Of a stretch of 42,094 bases of DNA, positions 1 to 7,836 are shown in pieces. A model generated the notes under the pieces. It saw only the letters and a list, made by a program, of their open reading frames with translations. It made no database searches and was not told where the DNA came from. Numbering within the stretch: position 1 is the first letter of the stretch; every line of letters starts with the position of its first letter. The stretch is from positions 1-42,094 of the forward strand of contig JBMFIM010000007.1 of the NCBI GenBank assembly GCA_049976305.1. Reading direction: 5' to 3'. The position numbers were made by a program, and so were the translations under genes. Origin of the DNA: Candidatus Micrarchaeia archaeon. GTDB lineage: Archaea > Micrarchaeota > Micrarchaeia > Micrarchaeales > CABMGC01.

Positions 1-402
1 GTCAGAGTCTATGTCAAAGAAAGGTGCAAAGCCAGATTTTGCCGCTTTTATCATATACTCCGACATATCGCTGAACTTTGCAATGTCCTCTATTCCGCGC
101 ATGTACGGATCCAGAGGCTTAAACTTTAGCCTTTCTACGGCCTCCGTATTCATGAATGAGGTGTACATGTCGCCCACAATTCTGCAAATCTTGTTTTTCG
201 GCTCCTTCGAGCACTTTTCAGCTATTGCCCGTAACTTTTTCCTGTTTGCTTCTGCCACCGCATCGACTATGCCATAGGAACCCCTGTCTTTTGGCACCTT
301 GTGTCTTCTTAGCCAATTTCCGTTGCAGTAAAGATAAAAATTATCGAAAGGGTCTACAGCAAGATCCATGTGCCTTGTTGAAAATTCAATGTCGTTGTGC
401 AT
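1..402 (-). CDS. M13 (PepO/neprilysin-like) metallopeptidase, 5' part; runs off the window edge
   Basis: Manual translation from ATG at 402: MHNDIEFSTRHMDLAVDPFDNFYLYCNGNWL...GDMYTSFMNTEAVERL, matching M13 N-terminal motifs (D.F+.Y.NG.W; GD.Y.SFM). Not in the ORF track because there is no stop in the window. Confidence 0.85.
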   Translation of the reverse strand, partial: MHNDIEFSTRHMDLAVDPFDNFYLYCNGNWLRRHKVPKDRGSYGIVDAVAEANRKKLRAIAEKCSKEPKNKICRIVGDMYTSFMNTEAVERLKFKPLDPYMRGIEDIAKFSDMSEYMIKAAKSGFAPFFDIDSD

Positions 403-486
403 AAAATCTTCCTCTCTTTTTGAAATTTAAATTTGACATTCTTTTACAACGCTAAATAGAGAAATAGGTAAGTAATAAAAGGATAT

Positions 487-577
487 GTAGTTCAAGCAAG
501 ATTGCGGAAGGCGTGACTATACCAGATGGCCTGGTGTCATTTTGGTTCATAGTTGCCTTCCGCACTCGACTTACTAC
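487..577. other. Long intergenic stem-loop; candidate ncRNA or MITE-like element
   Basis: TGCGGAAGGC (503-512) pairs perfectly with GCCTTCCGCA (555-564). Inner stems GACTAT/ATAGTT and ACCAGATGGC/GTCATTTTGGT (G-U pairs), outer GTAG/CTAC. A T-tract follows. Confidence 0.55.
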
Positions 578-643
578 TTCTTTTAAAATCGGAATAAAGA
601 CAAGAGAGATATTAATTTAAATAGGAAATGGAAAAAGAAAATT

Positions 644-2161
644 ATGGCAGATAGCCAGGAGAGCAGGCCAGATACTAGAAACCCACAGGCAAAGGAGCTT
701 TATACAAAGGCAGGAGAGCTTTTCGAGCAGAACAGGTTCGAGGAAGCTATAGATCTCTATTCGCAGGCAATAAAGCTTGATCCAGTCTATTCAAACGCCT
801 ACTTCAACAGAGCCCTTTCTTACGCAATGCTCAACCGCTACGAAAATGCAAAGCTCGACGCTCAGAAGGTGCTAGAGCTCGAGCCTAACAGCTATGATGC
901 TCCTTATGTGATGGGGCTCATATGCGAGTACGAGGGTAAGCTTGACGAAGCCAAAGAATGGTACGAGCGTTCATTAGCAAAGAATCCAAACTACGAACAG
1001 GCTAAGACGAGGCTTGCTATGTTAACCGCTAAGCTAGGCCAGCAAGCGCAACAATTCCAGCAAACATCTCAGTTTAGTTTAGGTCCTTCTGGCACATCTT
1101 TTGCTTCTTCTACAAAGGCTGAGGAAGAGGAGGAGACAGTAATAGAAGAAGGGCAGATAAAAAGGGTTAAGTGGTACCGCTCTAATACTACTTTCAAGGA
1201 TGTGGTGGACCTTAAAAAGCAGAAAGAGCTTATCTACAACAACATAATCCTAGCAATAAAAAAGCCCGAATTGCTTAAGGCATATGGCAAAAAACTAGGT
1301 TTGGGCGTGTTGTTCTATGGACCGCCAGGAAACGGAAAGAGCTATATAGTAAACGCTATTGCAGGAGAGACTCAATCAAACGTAATTGTAGTGAGAATAC
1401 ACGAAATAGTGGACATGTATGCGGGCAATACCGAAAAGAACTTGCACGCTGTGTTCGAGCAGGCGAGAAAGCATACACCTTGCATACTATTCTTCGATGA
1501 AATAGACGCATTGGGAATGAAAAGGGAAGGTGGCGGGGACCAAATGGGCTACATGAGAATGGCGGTAAATGCCTTCTTGACAGAAATGGACGGCGTGGAA
1601 AAGAATCCGGAAGGCATTTTTGTCATAGGTGCAACAAACCAGCCATGGGATATGGACCCTGCATTAAAAAGAAGCGGCAGGTTTGGCGAGCGCATCTACT
1701 TCCCGCCGCCAAACTACTGGGCTAGAAAGGCGGCTTTCAAGTACAACACCAGGAACATGCCTCTTGGTAGGATAAACTTTGGCAGGCTTGCAAGGGCAAC
1801 AATGGGCTATTCCCAGGCAGATATTGCAGAGATTTGCGACAAGGCCGCGCTCATACCTGCTGTTGAGGAAGACAGGACTGGCAGAAAGAGGAAAATAAAG
1901 ATGAAAGACTTCCTTTCAATGATCAAGACCCATGGAAGCACACTTGACGAATGGTATGCAATGATAAAGAAAGAGATCATAAGCAAGACCGAAACCCAGA
2001 TTGTAGAGGGCAAAAAGACAGAAATTGTAAAGGAGGGCAAGCTTTCGCCAGAGGAGAAGGTCCAGTACAAGGATCTGGTGAAAGACGTAAAGAAAAACTC
2101 AAGCAGTTGGCACAGGTTTATCGTCAAGCTCGTTAGATTCATTGCCTTGTATCTTTTCTAG
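644..2161 (+). CDS. TPR-repeat AAA+ ATPase with C-terminal amphipathic/hydrophobic tail
   Basis: About 3 N-terminal TPRs; Walker A GPPGNGKS, Walker B ILFFDEID, SRH ATNQPWDMDPALKRSGRF; ends WHRFIVKLVRFIALYLF. Confidence 0.9.
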   Translation: MADSQESRPDTRNPQAKELYTKAGELFEQNRFEEAIDLYSQAIKLDPVYSNAYFNRALSYAMLNRYENAKLDAQKVLELEPNSYDAPYVMGLICEYEGKLDEAKEWYERSLAKNPNYEQAKTRLAMLTAKLGQQAQQFQQTSQFSLGPSGTSFASSTKAEEEEETVIEEGQIKRVKWYRSNTTFKDVVDLKKQKELIYNNIILAIKKPELLKAYGKKLGLGVLFYGPPGNGKSYIVNAIAGETQSNVIVVRIHEIVDMYAGNTEKNLHAVFEQARKHTPCILFFDEIDALGMKREGGGDQMGYMRMAVNAFLTEMDGVEKNPEGIFVIGATNQPWDMDPALKRSGRFGERIYFPPPNYWARKAAFKYNTRNMPLGRINFGRLARATMGYSQADIAEICDKAALIPAVEEDRTGRKRKIKMKDFLSMIKTHGSTLDEWYAMIKKEIISKTETQIVEGKKTEIVKEGKLSPEEKVQYKDLVKDVKKNSSSWHRFIVKLVRFIALYLF

Positions 2162-2187
2162 CGCTATAACGTCTAACTAGAGATATC

Positions 2188-2844
2188 ATGAAAAAACTTC
2201 TTATACTATCTGACGTGCATTATCCTCTTTTCTCACTCTCCAATATTGCCGGAATAATCAGAAAAGAAAAACCCGACAATCTGCTTCTGCTCGGTGACAA
2301 CATAGAGCTCAAACTTTTCAAGGAAAAGGAGGAAGCATACGAAGCATTCCTCTCAAAGTTGGACAAAATCTTTCCCCTTTCAAGATCTTTTGTGCTTCTT
2401 GGCGATAACGATTATGTATATGCCGAAAGCGAAGAAATTCTGCCTTTAATTGATTCATTCTCGCCGATGAACAAAGGCAAGTATTTCTTTCTTAATCTAG
2501 GCAACATGTACTTTTTCCACGGCAACCTTGAAAATAGCAAGATTGTGGAGAAAATGGGTTATTATTTTGTAAAGATATCTAGAAAAATTCATGAGAAAAT
2601 TGCGCCGGTTTTGCTTTCTTATTTCGTCAGGTTTTATTTTGGAATACCCAGAGATAATTTTCTCTTTTTGGGCCATTTGCACTACCTTGGTAGAGTCGGA
2701 AAAACCGTTTTCTGTGGCACCTTAAACAATAAAGCCCAATACTTTTCAAGTTCTCTGGGCTATGTGACTGTAATTCATAGTAAATTTAATGTGCAAAAGC
2801 ACGGAATAGTGCTCCATCCGATTATTTCGAGGAAGAAAGTTTAG
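2188..2844 (+). CDS. Calcineurin-like metallophosphoesterase
   Basis: Motifs SDVH, LGDN, LGDND, FHG, GHLH. Confidence 0.85.
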   Translation: MKKLLILSDVHYPLFSLSNIAGIIRKEKPDNLLLLGDNIELKLFKEKEEAYEAFLSKLDKIFPLSRSFVLLGDNDYVYAESEEILPLIDSFSPMNKGKYFFLNLGNMYFFHGNLENSKIVEKMGYYFVKISRKIHEKIAPVLLSYFVRFYFGIPRDNFLFLGHLHYLGRVGKTVFCGTLNNKAQYFSSSLGYVTVIHSKFNVQKHGIVLHPIISRKKV

Positions 2845-3019
2845 TTGCTAAAATTTGAGAAATTTATAAGGAATGGCATTTGAAGTTTGTCATAGCTGTT
2901 TGTGTAGTAGTTTTAACCAAATACCATTATTTCAATGCAAAAGAAGCCCGCACCATTTATAGGTTGGTGTCACAAGTTGCAGTGGGAAAAGTTTTTGAGC
3001 TGATAGTACTAATGGAAAG

Positions 3020-3091
3020 GGCCTTGGCCGGGAGTCGGACCCGGTCCTAAGGGTCCACAGCCCTTTATGCAGCCGTTACACCACCAAGGCC
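3020..3091 (-). tRNA. tRNA-His(GUG) with genome-encoded G-1; CCA not encoded
   Basis: Cloverleaf G-GCCTTGG...CCAAGGC-C; anticodon arm AAGGG-CT-GTG-GA-CCCTT; T-loop reads TCCGACT. Confidence 0.95.
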
Positions 3092-3159
3092 ATGATTTGC
3101 TTTTGTATCATCTAATTTTCCCGCTTACTTTTATAAATATGCTTGCAAAAAGTAATATT

Positions 3160-3281
3160 GGCGGGGTAGCTCAGCCTGGTTAGAGCGCTAGACTCATATG
3201 CCTCTGCATATGAGTGATGAGCTTCCAGCGATGATTGGCTGAGAGATCTAGAGGTCGAGGGTTCAAATCACTCCCCCGCCA
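3160..3281 (+). tRNA. tRNA-Met(CAU), probably elongator, with 47-nt intron 3199-3245 at position 37/38
   Basis: GGCGGGG/CCCCGCC acceptor stem; CTAGA-CT-CAT-A|intron|A-TCTAG; canonical BHB (CTCA/TGAG helix, 3-nt bulges TA|T and AG|A, GCC/GGC). Lacks initiator features (no A1-U72, no GGG anticodon stem). Confidence 0.93.
3206..3237 (+). ncRNA. Intron-embedded C'/D' guide module predicted to direct Cm34 of pre-tRNA-Met
   Basis: Guide GCATATGAGT (3206-3215) is complementary to 3192-3201. D' ATGA (3217-3220), stem GCT-TCC-AGC, 3-nt bulge, C' ATGATTG (3231-3237). N+5 base G3212 pairs with C3195 (C34). Confidence 0.7.
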
Positions 3282-3338
3282 AAAAGTAAAAGAGTTTGTA
3301 CAAAAAGAAGATAAAGGAGAGTAGGCAAAAATTTTCCT

Positions 3339-3626
3339 ATGCTGTCATACAAGCGCCTTTTGCACATTCACAAGATAAAGAAGACCCTAGACGTGCTAGC
3401 ATACTTTTCGCTTTTTTCAGACATAGCCATAGTTCTGATAAATTTTTTCATGCTCGAGTCAAACACCTCTAGCGCTAAGGTTTTGGACTTCTGGTTCACC
3501 ATAAGCCTTGCTGCAGAAGTAGTGTTTACGCTCATACTCCTGCTTATACTTGCGCTTCTATACCACTATGACAGCATAGAGTGGTTTCTTGTATCAAAAT
3601 ACAGAAGCAGAAAAAGAGGGAAGTAG
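3339..3626 (+). CDS. Small two-TM membrane protein, unknown function
   Basis: Two hydrophobic segments, basic termini, GGAGAG upstream. Confidence 0.6.
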   Translation: MLSYKRLLHIHKIKKTLDVLAYFSLFSDIAIVLINFFMLESNTSSAKVLDFWFTISLAAEVVFTLILLLILALLYHYDSIEWFLVSKYRSRKRGK

Positions 3627-3684
3627 CATTATACGAGCTTGCACGGTTAATTTAAAATAGATTCATTTCAATATTGAAGCATAT

Positions 3685-4929
3685 ATGCCCGAGCAAAAGA
3701 GAGCTGAGAAGGAAGAGAGGCTTCTTGTCCTAGTTGTAGATATAGACAACGACCTTTACGTCAAGACAAAAATCAACGGCCCGCTTATTGGCAGGGTGCA
3801 GGTGCTGAATGGTGCAACGCAACTTGCCCTTGCAGATCCTGAAGATACAGACGCAAACACAATGTTCAAGGCCGTGAAGGTATACGACGAGCTCAAGGAA
3901 CAGGGCCATGCAGTATACATCGCCACAATAACAGGTGCCGAAAGCCAAGGATATGCCGCAGATAGAGAGCTCGCAAGGCAGCTTGAGCAGGTAATAGACC
4001 AGTACAAGCCAGATGCTTGTGTTTTCGTCAGCGATGGGGCAAGCGACGAGAGGGCATTGCCAATAGTGGAATCGAGATTGAAGGTCAACAGCCTTGTCAG
4101 GGTAACTGTAAAACAGAGTGAGAACCTTGAAAGCACCTATGTTACCTTGCTGAAGAAGCTTGAGGAGCCGCACTACGCTAGGATTGTGTTCGGAATACCT
4201 GCGATCATTTTGCTAATGTTTGCCCTTAGTTATGCATTTAACCTCGGTTGGCAGTTGCCCGTAGCAATAATCGGCCTTTACCTTCTGCTCAAGGGCTTCG
4301 GCCTGGAGGATATGATAGTGGAGTCATTCAAGGGCTTCGGCTTCAGCATAGAGCGCATGAGCTTTGTATTCTATCTCAGTGCGCTTGTCTTCTTCTTCGT
4401 GAGCATCTTCATCTCCGCAGGCAACTACCTTTACGAGCTTGGCATAGGCTCTGGGCCTTGGCTAGCGTTTGCCTACGCAATAGAGGGCTTTTTGCTCCTC
4501 ATGCCTGTCGCTATTGTGCTCTATATAGTGGGCAGACTGGTTGATGTGCGCAGCAGAAGGTATCTTTTCAGGAGCTACAAGTATGGTGTCTATGCAGGTT
4601 CTTCTCTTATTGTGTGGGTGCTTCTCTACGCTCTTACGGCCTGGCTTATAGGCCAGATATACTTCGGCCAGTTTCTGCTTTTCACAATCTTGGCAATACT
4701 TGTCGGCATTGCCATAAACGAGACAGCGCTTTACTTTAAGAGGCAGGCATTGAAAAGAAGGAACCTCAATAATAAGGTAGTGATAAACGAACTTGGCACG
4801 TTGATAGGAAAGGTTTCAAAGGTGGACGTAAAGAAGGGAATGCTTACAGTTCAGACGCCTTTCGGCAACCCAATCAGATATGGCATAGACAGGGTTGTAG
4901 AGATTTCAGACAGAGTTGTTATTGGCTGA
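3685..4929 (+). CDS. DUF373-family membrane protein with C-terminal PRC-barrel domain
   Basis: LVLVVDIDNDL, LALADPEDTDAN, VSDGASDE and VKQSENLES are DUF373 motifs; several TMs; C-terminus LNNKVVINELGTLIGKVSKV...EISDRVVI is PRC-barrel-like. Confidence 0.85.
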   Translation: MPEQKRAEKEERLLVLVVDIDNDLYVKTKINGPLIGRVQVLNGATQLALADPEDTDANTMFKAVKVYDELKEQGHAVYIATITGAESQGYAADRELARQLEQVIDQYKPDACVFVSDGASDERALPIVESRLKVNSLVRVTVKQSENLESTYVTLLKKLEEPHYARIVFGIPAIILLMFALSYAFNLGWQLPVAIIGLYLLLKGFGLEDMIVESFKGFGFSIERMSFVFYLSALVFFFVSIFISAGNYLYELGIGSGPWLAFAYAIEGFLLLMPVAIVLYIVGRLVDVRSRRYLFRSYKYGVYAGSSLIVWVLLYALTAWLIGQIYFGQFLLFTILAILVGIAINETALYFKRQALKRRNLNNKVVINELGTLIGKVSKVDVKKGMLTVQTPFGNPIRYGIDRVVEISDRVVIG

Positions 4930-5589
4930 TTCTTCAAATTCTGCGTTAAGAATATGGTGTATGAGCTCTGCCTTTTTCTCCCCTATTTTCTCAACTTCCA
5001 TGAGCTCTTCTGGCTTTGCCATTGCGATATTTCTTATACTGCCAAAATGGCTCAGTAAGCTTCTTGCGAGCTTGTTGCCGACTCCCGGAAGAGAGCGAAG
5101 TACAAGCATTTGCCACTGCGACAACGTGTATGCTCTTTTCATGCCGACGGCTCTCGGCTCTTCCCTCTTTTCCTCTTTTTCATGTTCCGCAATTTTTGCT
5201 ATTAGCTCAGCAGTTTCTTCGGGCGAGCTTGACCTCATTACCTCTACTCCGTGATCAACGAAGGCACTTACTATCGTGCCTAACAAAACACTTGGTGCAA
5301 GTGCAAATTCCTCATCGTTGCCTTCTATGATGAGGAAGGGTTTTGGATAACTTGCGCTTAGCCTGTCAAGCTGGTCAAACAGCCTAGAGTTTATTATTGA
5401 GCCTTGAAGATCCCTGAAAGTTTTCCTCTCCACCGCTATTCTATCAGAAATTATATAATCGCCCACAGGAAGCTGTGCGAACTCGGGCTCTATTCCTTGC
5501 TTTTTCAGCGCCTCAAGCAGTTCCAAGTTTCGTTCCCGCAAGTCCACAAGCACTTTCAGTTTCTCCTTTGTACCTTTACTATCCGGCAT
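4906..5589 (-). CDS. xpf: Short XPF/ERCC4 endonuclease (nuclease + HhH2, no helicase)
   Basis: VDLRE, GDY...VERKT..DL..S...RLFDQ; two HhH motifs LPGVG and EKIGEK. Confidence 0.9.
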   Translation of the reverse strand: MPDSKGTKEKLKVLVDLRERNLELLEALKKQGIEPEFAQLPVGDYIISDRIAVERKTFRDLQGSIINSRLFDQLDRLSASYPKPFLIIEGNDEEFALAPSVLLGTIVSAFVDHGVEVMRSSSPEETAELIAKIAEHEKEEKREEPRAVGMKRAYTLSQWQMLVLRSLPGVGNKLARSLLSHFGSIRNIAMAKPEELMEVEKIGEKKAELIHHILNAEFEESANNNSV

Positions 5590-5620
5590 GATTTTATTTA
5601 TGCTCGTTCAAAATATAAAC
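5590..5620. promoter_or_regulatory. 31-bp divergent promoter region for xpf and rio1, both apparently leaderless
   Basis: TTTTATTTA lies about 20-28 nt before ATG 5621; reverse-strand TTTATATT lies about 23-30 nt before ATG 5589. Confidence 0.5.
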
Positions 5621-6382
5621 ATGGCACTAAGGAGAAGCAAGAAGAAAGAGCCTAGCAAGGAAGAGTTTCGACTGAAGGAAAGGCTGAAGGTAGAGGAAGG
5701 CGTTTTCGACCTGCCGACATTGCGCAGGCTTGCAAAGCTTTTCTCTGCTGGCATTGTCTCCAAGCTGTACTTCAAGCTTGCAACTGGCAAAGAGGCCGAC
5801 ATTTTCCTTGCAGAACCAGGTGACAAGGTCAAGGATGAGCTCGTAGTTTTGAAAATATTCAGAGTCCAGACAACAAATTTCAGGAACAGGCTAGATTATG
5901 TGCTTGGCGACCCAAGATTTGGAAGCGTAAAGCAGGACATGTTTTCCATAGTCGCAACATGGTGCAAAAAGGAATTTGGAAACCTGGAGGTGGCGGAAGA
6001 GGCCAAGGTCAACGCGCCTAAGCCTTATGATTTTGTGGGCAACATACTTGCCATGCAGTTTATTGGGAAAGACGGCATGCCAGCGCCAATACTTAAGGAT
6101 GTCAAACTGGAAAAACCAGATGTCTTTCTTGACAAAATTCTCGAGCAAGTGAAAAAGCTTTACAAGCATGGATTAGTCCATGCGGACTTAAGCGAGTACA
6201 ACATACTTGTAATGGACAACGAGCCTTATCTTATAGACTTTGGGCAAGCTGTCGTGGTGGAACATCCAAGCGCATCTGAGTTTTTGAAAAGGGACCTTAG
6301 CAACATAATCTCCTATTTTTCGGAGAAATACGGCATAAAAAGGAATGTTGAAGAAGCCTATGCTTATATCAAAGATGGTTGA
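5621..6382 (+). CDS. rio1: RIO1 serine/threonine kinase
   Basis: ATGKEADIF, KEFGNL, VHADLSEYNIL, IDFGQAV. Start moved to ATG 5621 to avoid overlap with xpf. Confidence 0.95.
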   Translation: MALRRSKKKEPSKEEFRLKERLKVEEGVFDLPTLRRLAKLFSAGIVSKLYFKLATGKEADIFLAEPGDKVKDELVVLKIFRVQTTNFRNRLDYVLGDPRFGSVKQDMFSIVATWCKKEFGNLEVAEEAKVNAPKPYDFVGNILAMQFIGKDGMPAPILKDVKLEKPDVFLDKILEQVKKLYKHGLVHADLSEYNILVMDNEPYLIDFGQAVVVEHPSASEFLKRDLSNIISYFSEKYGIKRNVEEAYAYIKDG

Positions 6383-6544
6383 ATGGCAAAATACAGGTTT
6401 GTTTGCACATGCGGGAGATTTAGTGTGGAAAGCGACGATAGAAAGAAGGTGCTAGAAGCCGCAAAGGAACATGCAAAGACGTGCCCTGACCTTAAAGGCG
6501 CAGACGAACAGGCTTTGGACGCAATGATAGAAACAGAGGAGTAG
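6383..6544 (+). CDS. 53-aa DUF1059-like small metal-binding protein (not in ORF track)
   Basis: MAKYRFVCTCGRFSVESDDRKKVLEAAKEHAKTCPDLKGADEQALDAMIETEE; CxC...H...C; fills the gap exactly between the rio1 stop and the NRAMP start. Confidence 0.75.
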   Translation: MAKYRFVCTCGRFSVESDDRKKVLEAAKEHAKTCPDLKGADEQALDAMIETEE

Positions 6545-6548
6545 AAAA

Positions 6549-7735
6549 ATGCATAGAAGCCTTTCAAGACTCTTCCGCGTATTCGGTCCTGCATGGATTA
6601 CAATGCTTGCAGATATGGATGCAAGCAGCATAATAGGCGCAGCCCAGCTTGGCTCTGCTTTCCAATATTCCTTCATTTGATTTCTTTTGCTTCTCATTTT
6701 ACCGCTTTACATTATTCAGGAAGCTTCTGGAAGAATAGGTGCTGTTACCAGGCAGGGCCTTGGCGACACTATAAGAGGCCATTATTCTAAGGCAACAGCA
6801 AGCCTTATGGTCATTCCTATGTTCTTCGCCGATATTGCAACTTACGTTGCAGAATTCTTGGGGATAGGCGTAGGCCTTGAAATACTCGGCATACCACTCT
6901 ATGCAGGCATAATTGCTGCCTACATAATTTTTCTTGTTGTTGCGTTCACGAGGGAATACGAAAGCGCCGAAAGGATACTTGTTGCAGTCTCTGCTTTGCT
7001 TGTTCTTGGTCTTTTTGCAACGCTGCTTTTGCGTGGCGTAAAGCCTTATCCCGTTTTTGTCGCCAAGCCTAGCTCGCAGTATCTTTTCCTTGCTTCTGCC
7101 ACTATAGGTGCTGTTGTCATGCCGTTTATGCTCTTTTTCCAGGCTTCAGCAACAGGGCAAAGATTAGAGAAGGGAGAAAGCACGTTAACGAAAGAGTCTT
7201 GCGGGAAATAAAAGAAAATACGCTTATAGGCGCGATCGTAACAGAGCTCCTTATGGTAGTAGTAGAGATGACATTTGCAGGCATTAGGACAAGCCCCGGC
7301 ACGTTTATCTCCGCGCAGTCCCTCGCCTCTGTTTTGCAACCAGTTGCTGGCAGGTTTTCGCCATATGCTTTTGGGATAGGGCTTATTGCTTCTGGTTTCC
7401 TTGCGTTAATAGTTGTGGCATTGGCGAGCGCTTGGAGCGTTGCAGAAGTCTTGAGAATAAAGAAAAGGCAGCTGCTTTATGCTGTTGAAAGCCTTCCTGC
7501 CGTTCTGCTTGTGCTCCTCATACCTCCTTCGATGCTGGTAAATGGCGTAATAGACTTTCTTGTGGTTTTTGTTTTTGTGCTTCTAGGCCCTGCCGTTATA
7601 CTTGGCATGATTGCCCAAAACAGGAAAATAATGGGGCATTTTGCCTTTTCGAGATATGAGGCAATAGCTTATTGGCTCGCCTCCGCTTTCGTGCTTGTGT
7701 TTGGAATAATTTCGGCGATAATAAGCATATGGTAG
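6549..7735 (+). pseudogene. NRAMP/SLC11-family divalent cation transporter, disrupted
   Basis: ATG 6549: ...FGPAWITMLADMDASSIIGAAQ...YSFI*FLLLLILPLYIIQE. In-frame TGA at 6678-6680, plus a frameshift near 7155-7200 joining ORFs 6687-7211 and 7199-7735 (GAVVMPFMLFFQAS motif). Confidence 0.85.
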
Positions 7736-7810
7736 TGGGCTCGCGGAGATTTGAACTCCGGACCTCCCGATTATCAGTCGGGCGCTCCAACCAGGCTAAG
7801 CTACGGGCCC
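7736..7810 (-). tRNA. tRNA-Ile(GAU)
   Basis: GGGCCCG...CGAGCCC-A; anticodon arm CCCGA-CT-GAT-AA-TCGGG; T-loop TTCAAAT; C5-A68 mismatch. Confidence 0.95.
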
Positions 7811-7836
7811 CTCTAATGATTTTTGTAAAAAATCCT

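Noticed and set aside
11..404. Plus-strand ORFs 11-277 and 156-404
   Set aside because: Antisense shadows of the M13 peptidase gene.
496..520. SRP RNA helix 8 (GGAA tetraloop) within the hairpin
   Set aside because: GGAAG lies inside a stem, and the CAGG/AGCA symmetric loop is absent.
3214..3242. Reading the intron as a full C/D sRNA (GTGATGA as C box, CTGA as D box)
   Set aside because: The spacing leaves no room for two guides and CTGA is needed for the BHB helix; the D'-hairpin-C' reading fits the N+5 rule exactly.
6678..6680. TGA recoding (Trp/Gly/Sec) as the explanation for the in-frame stop in NRAMP
   Set aside because: TGA terminates many clear genes here (rio1, psmB, aCPSF1, uS14, pcm), and the same gene also has a frameshift.
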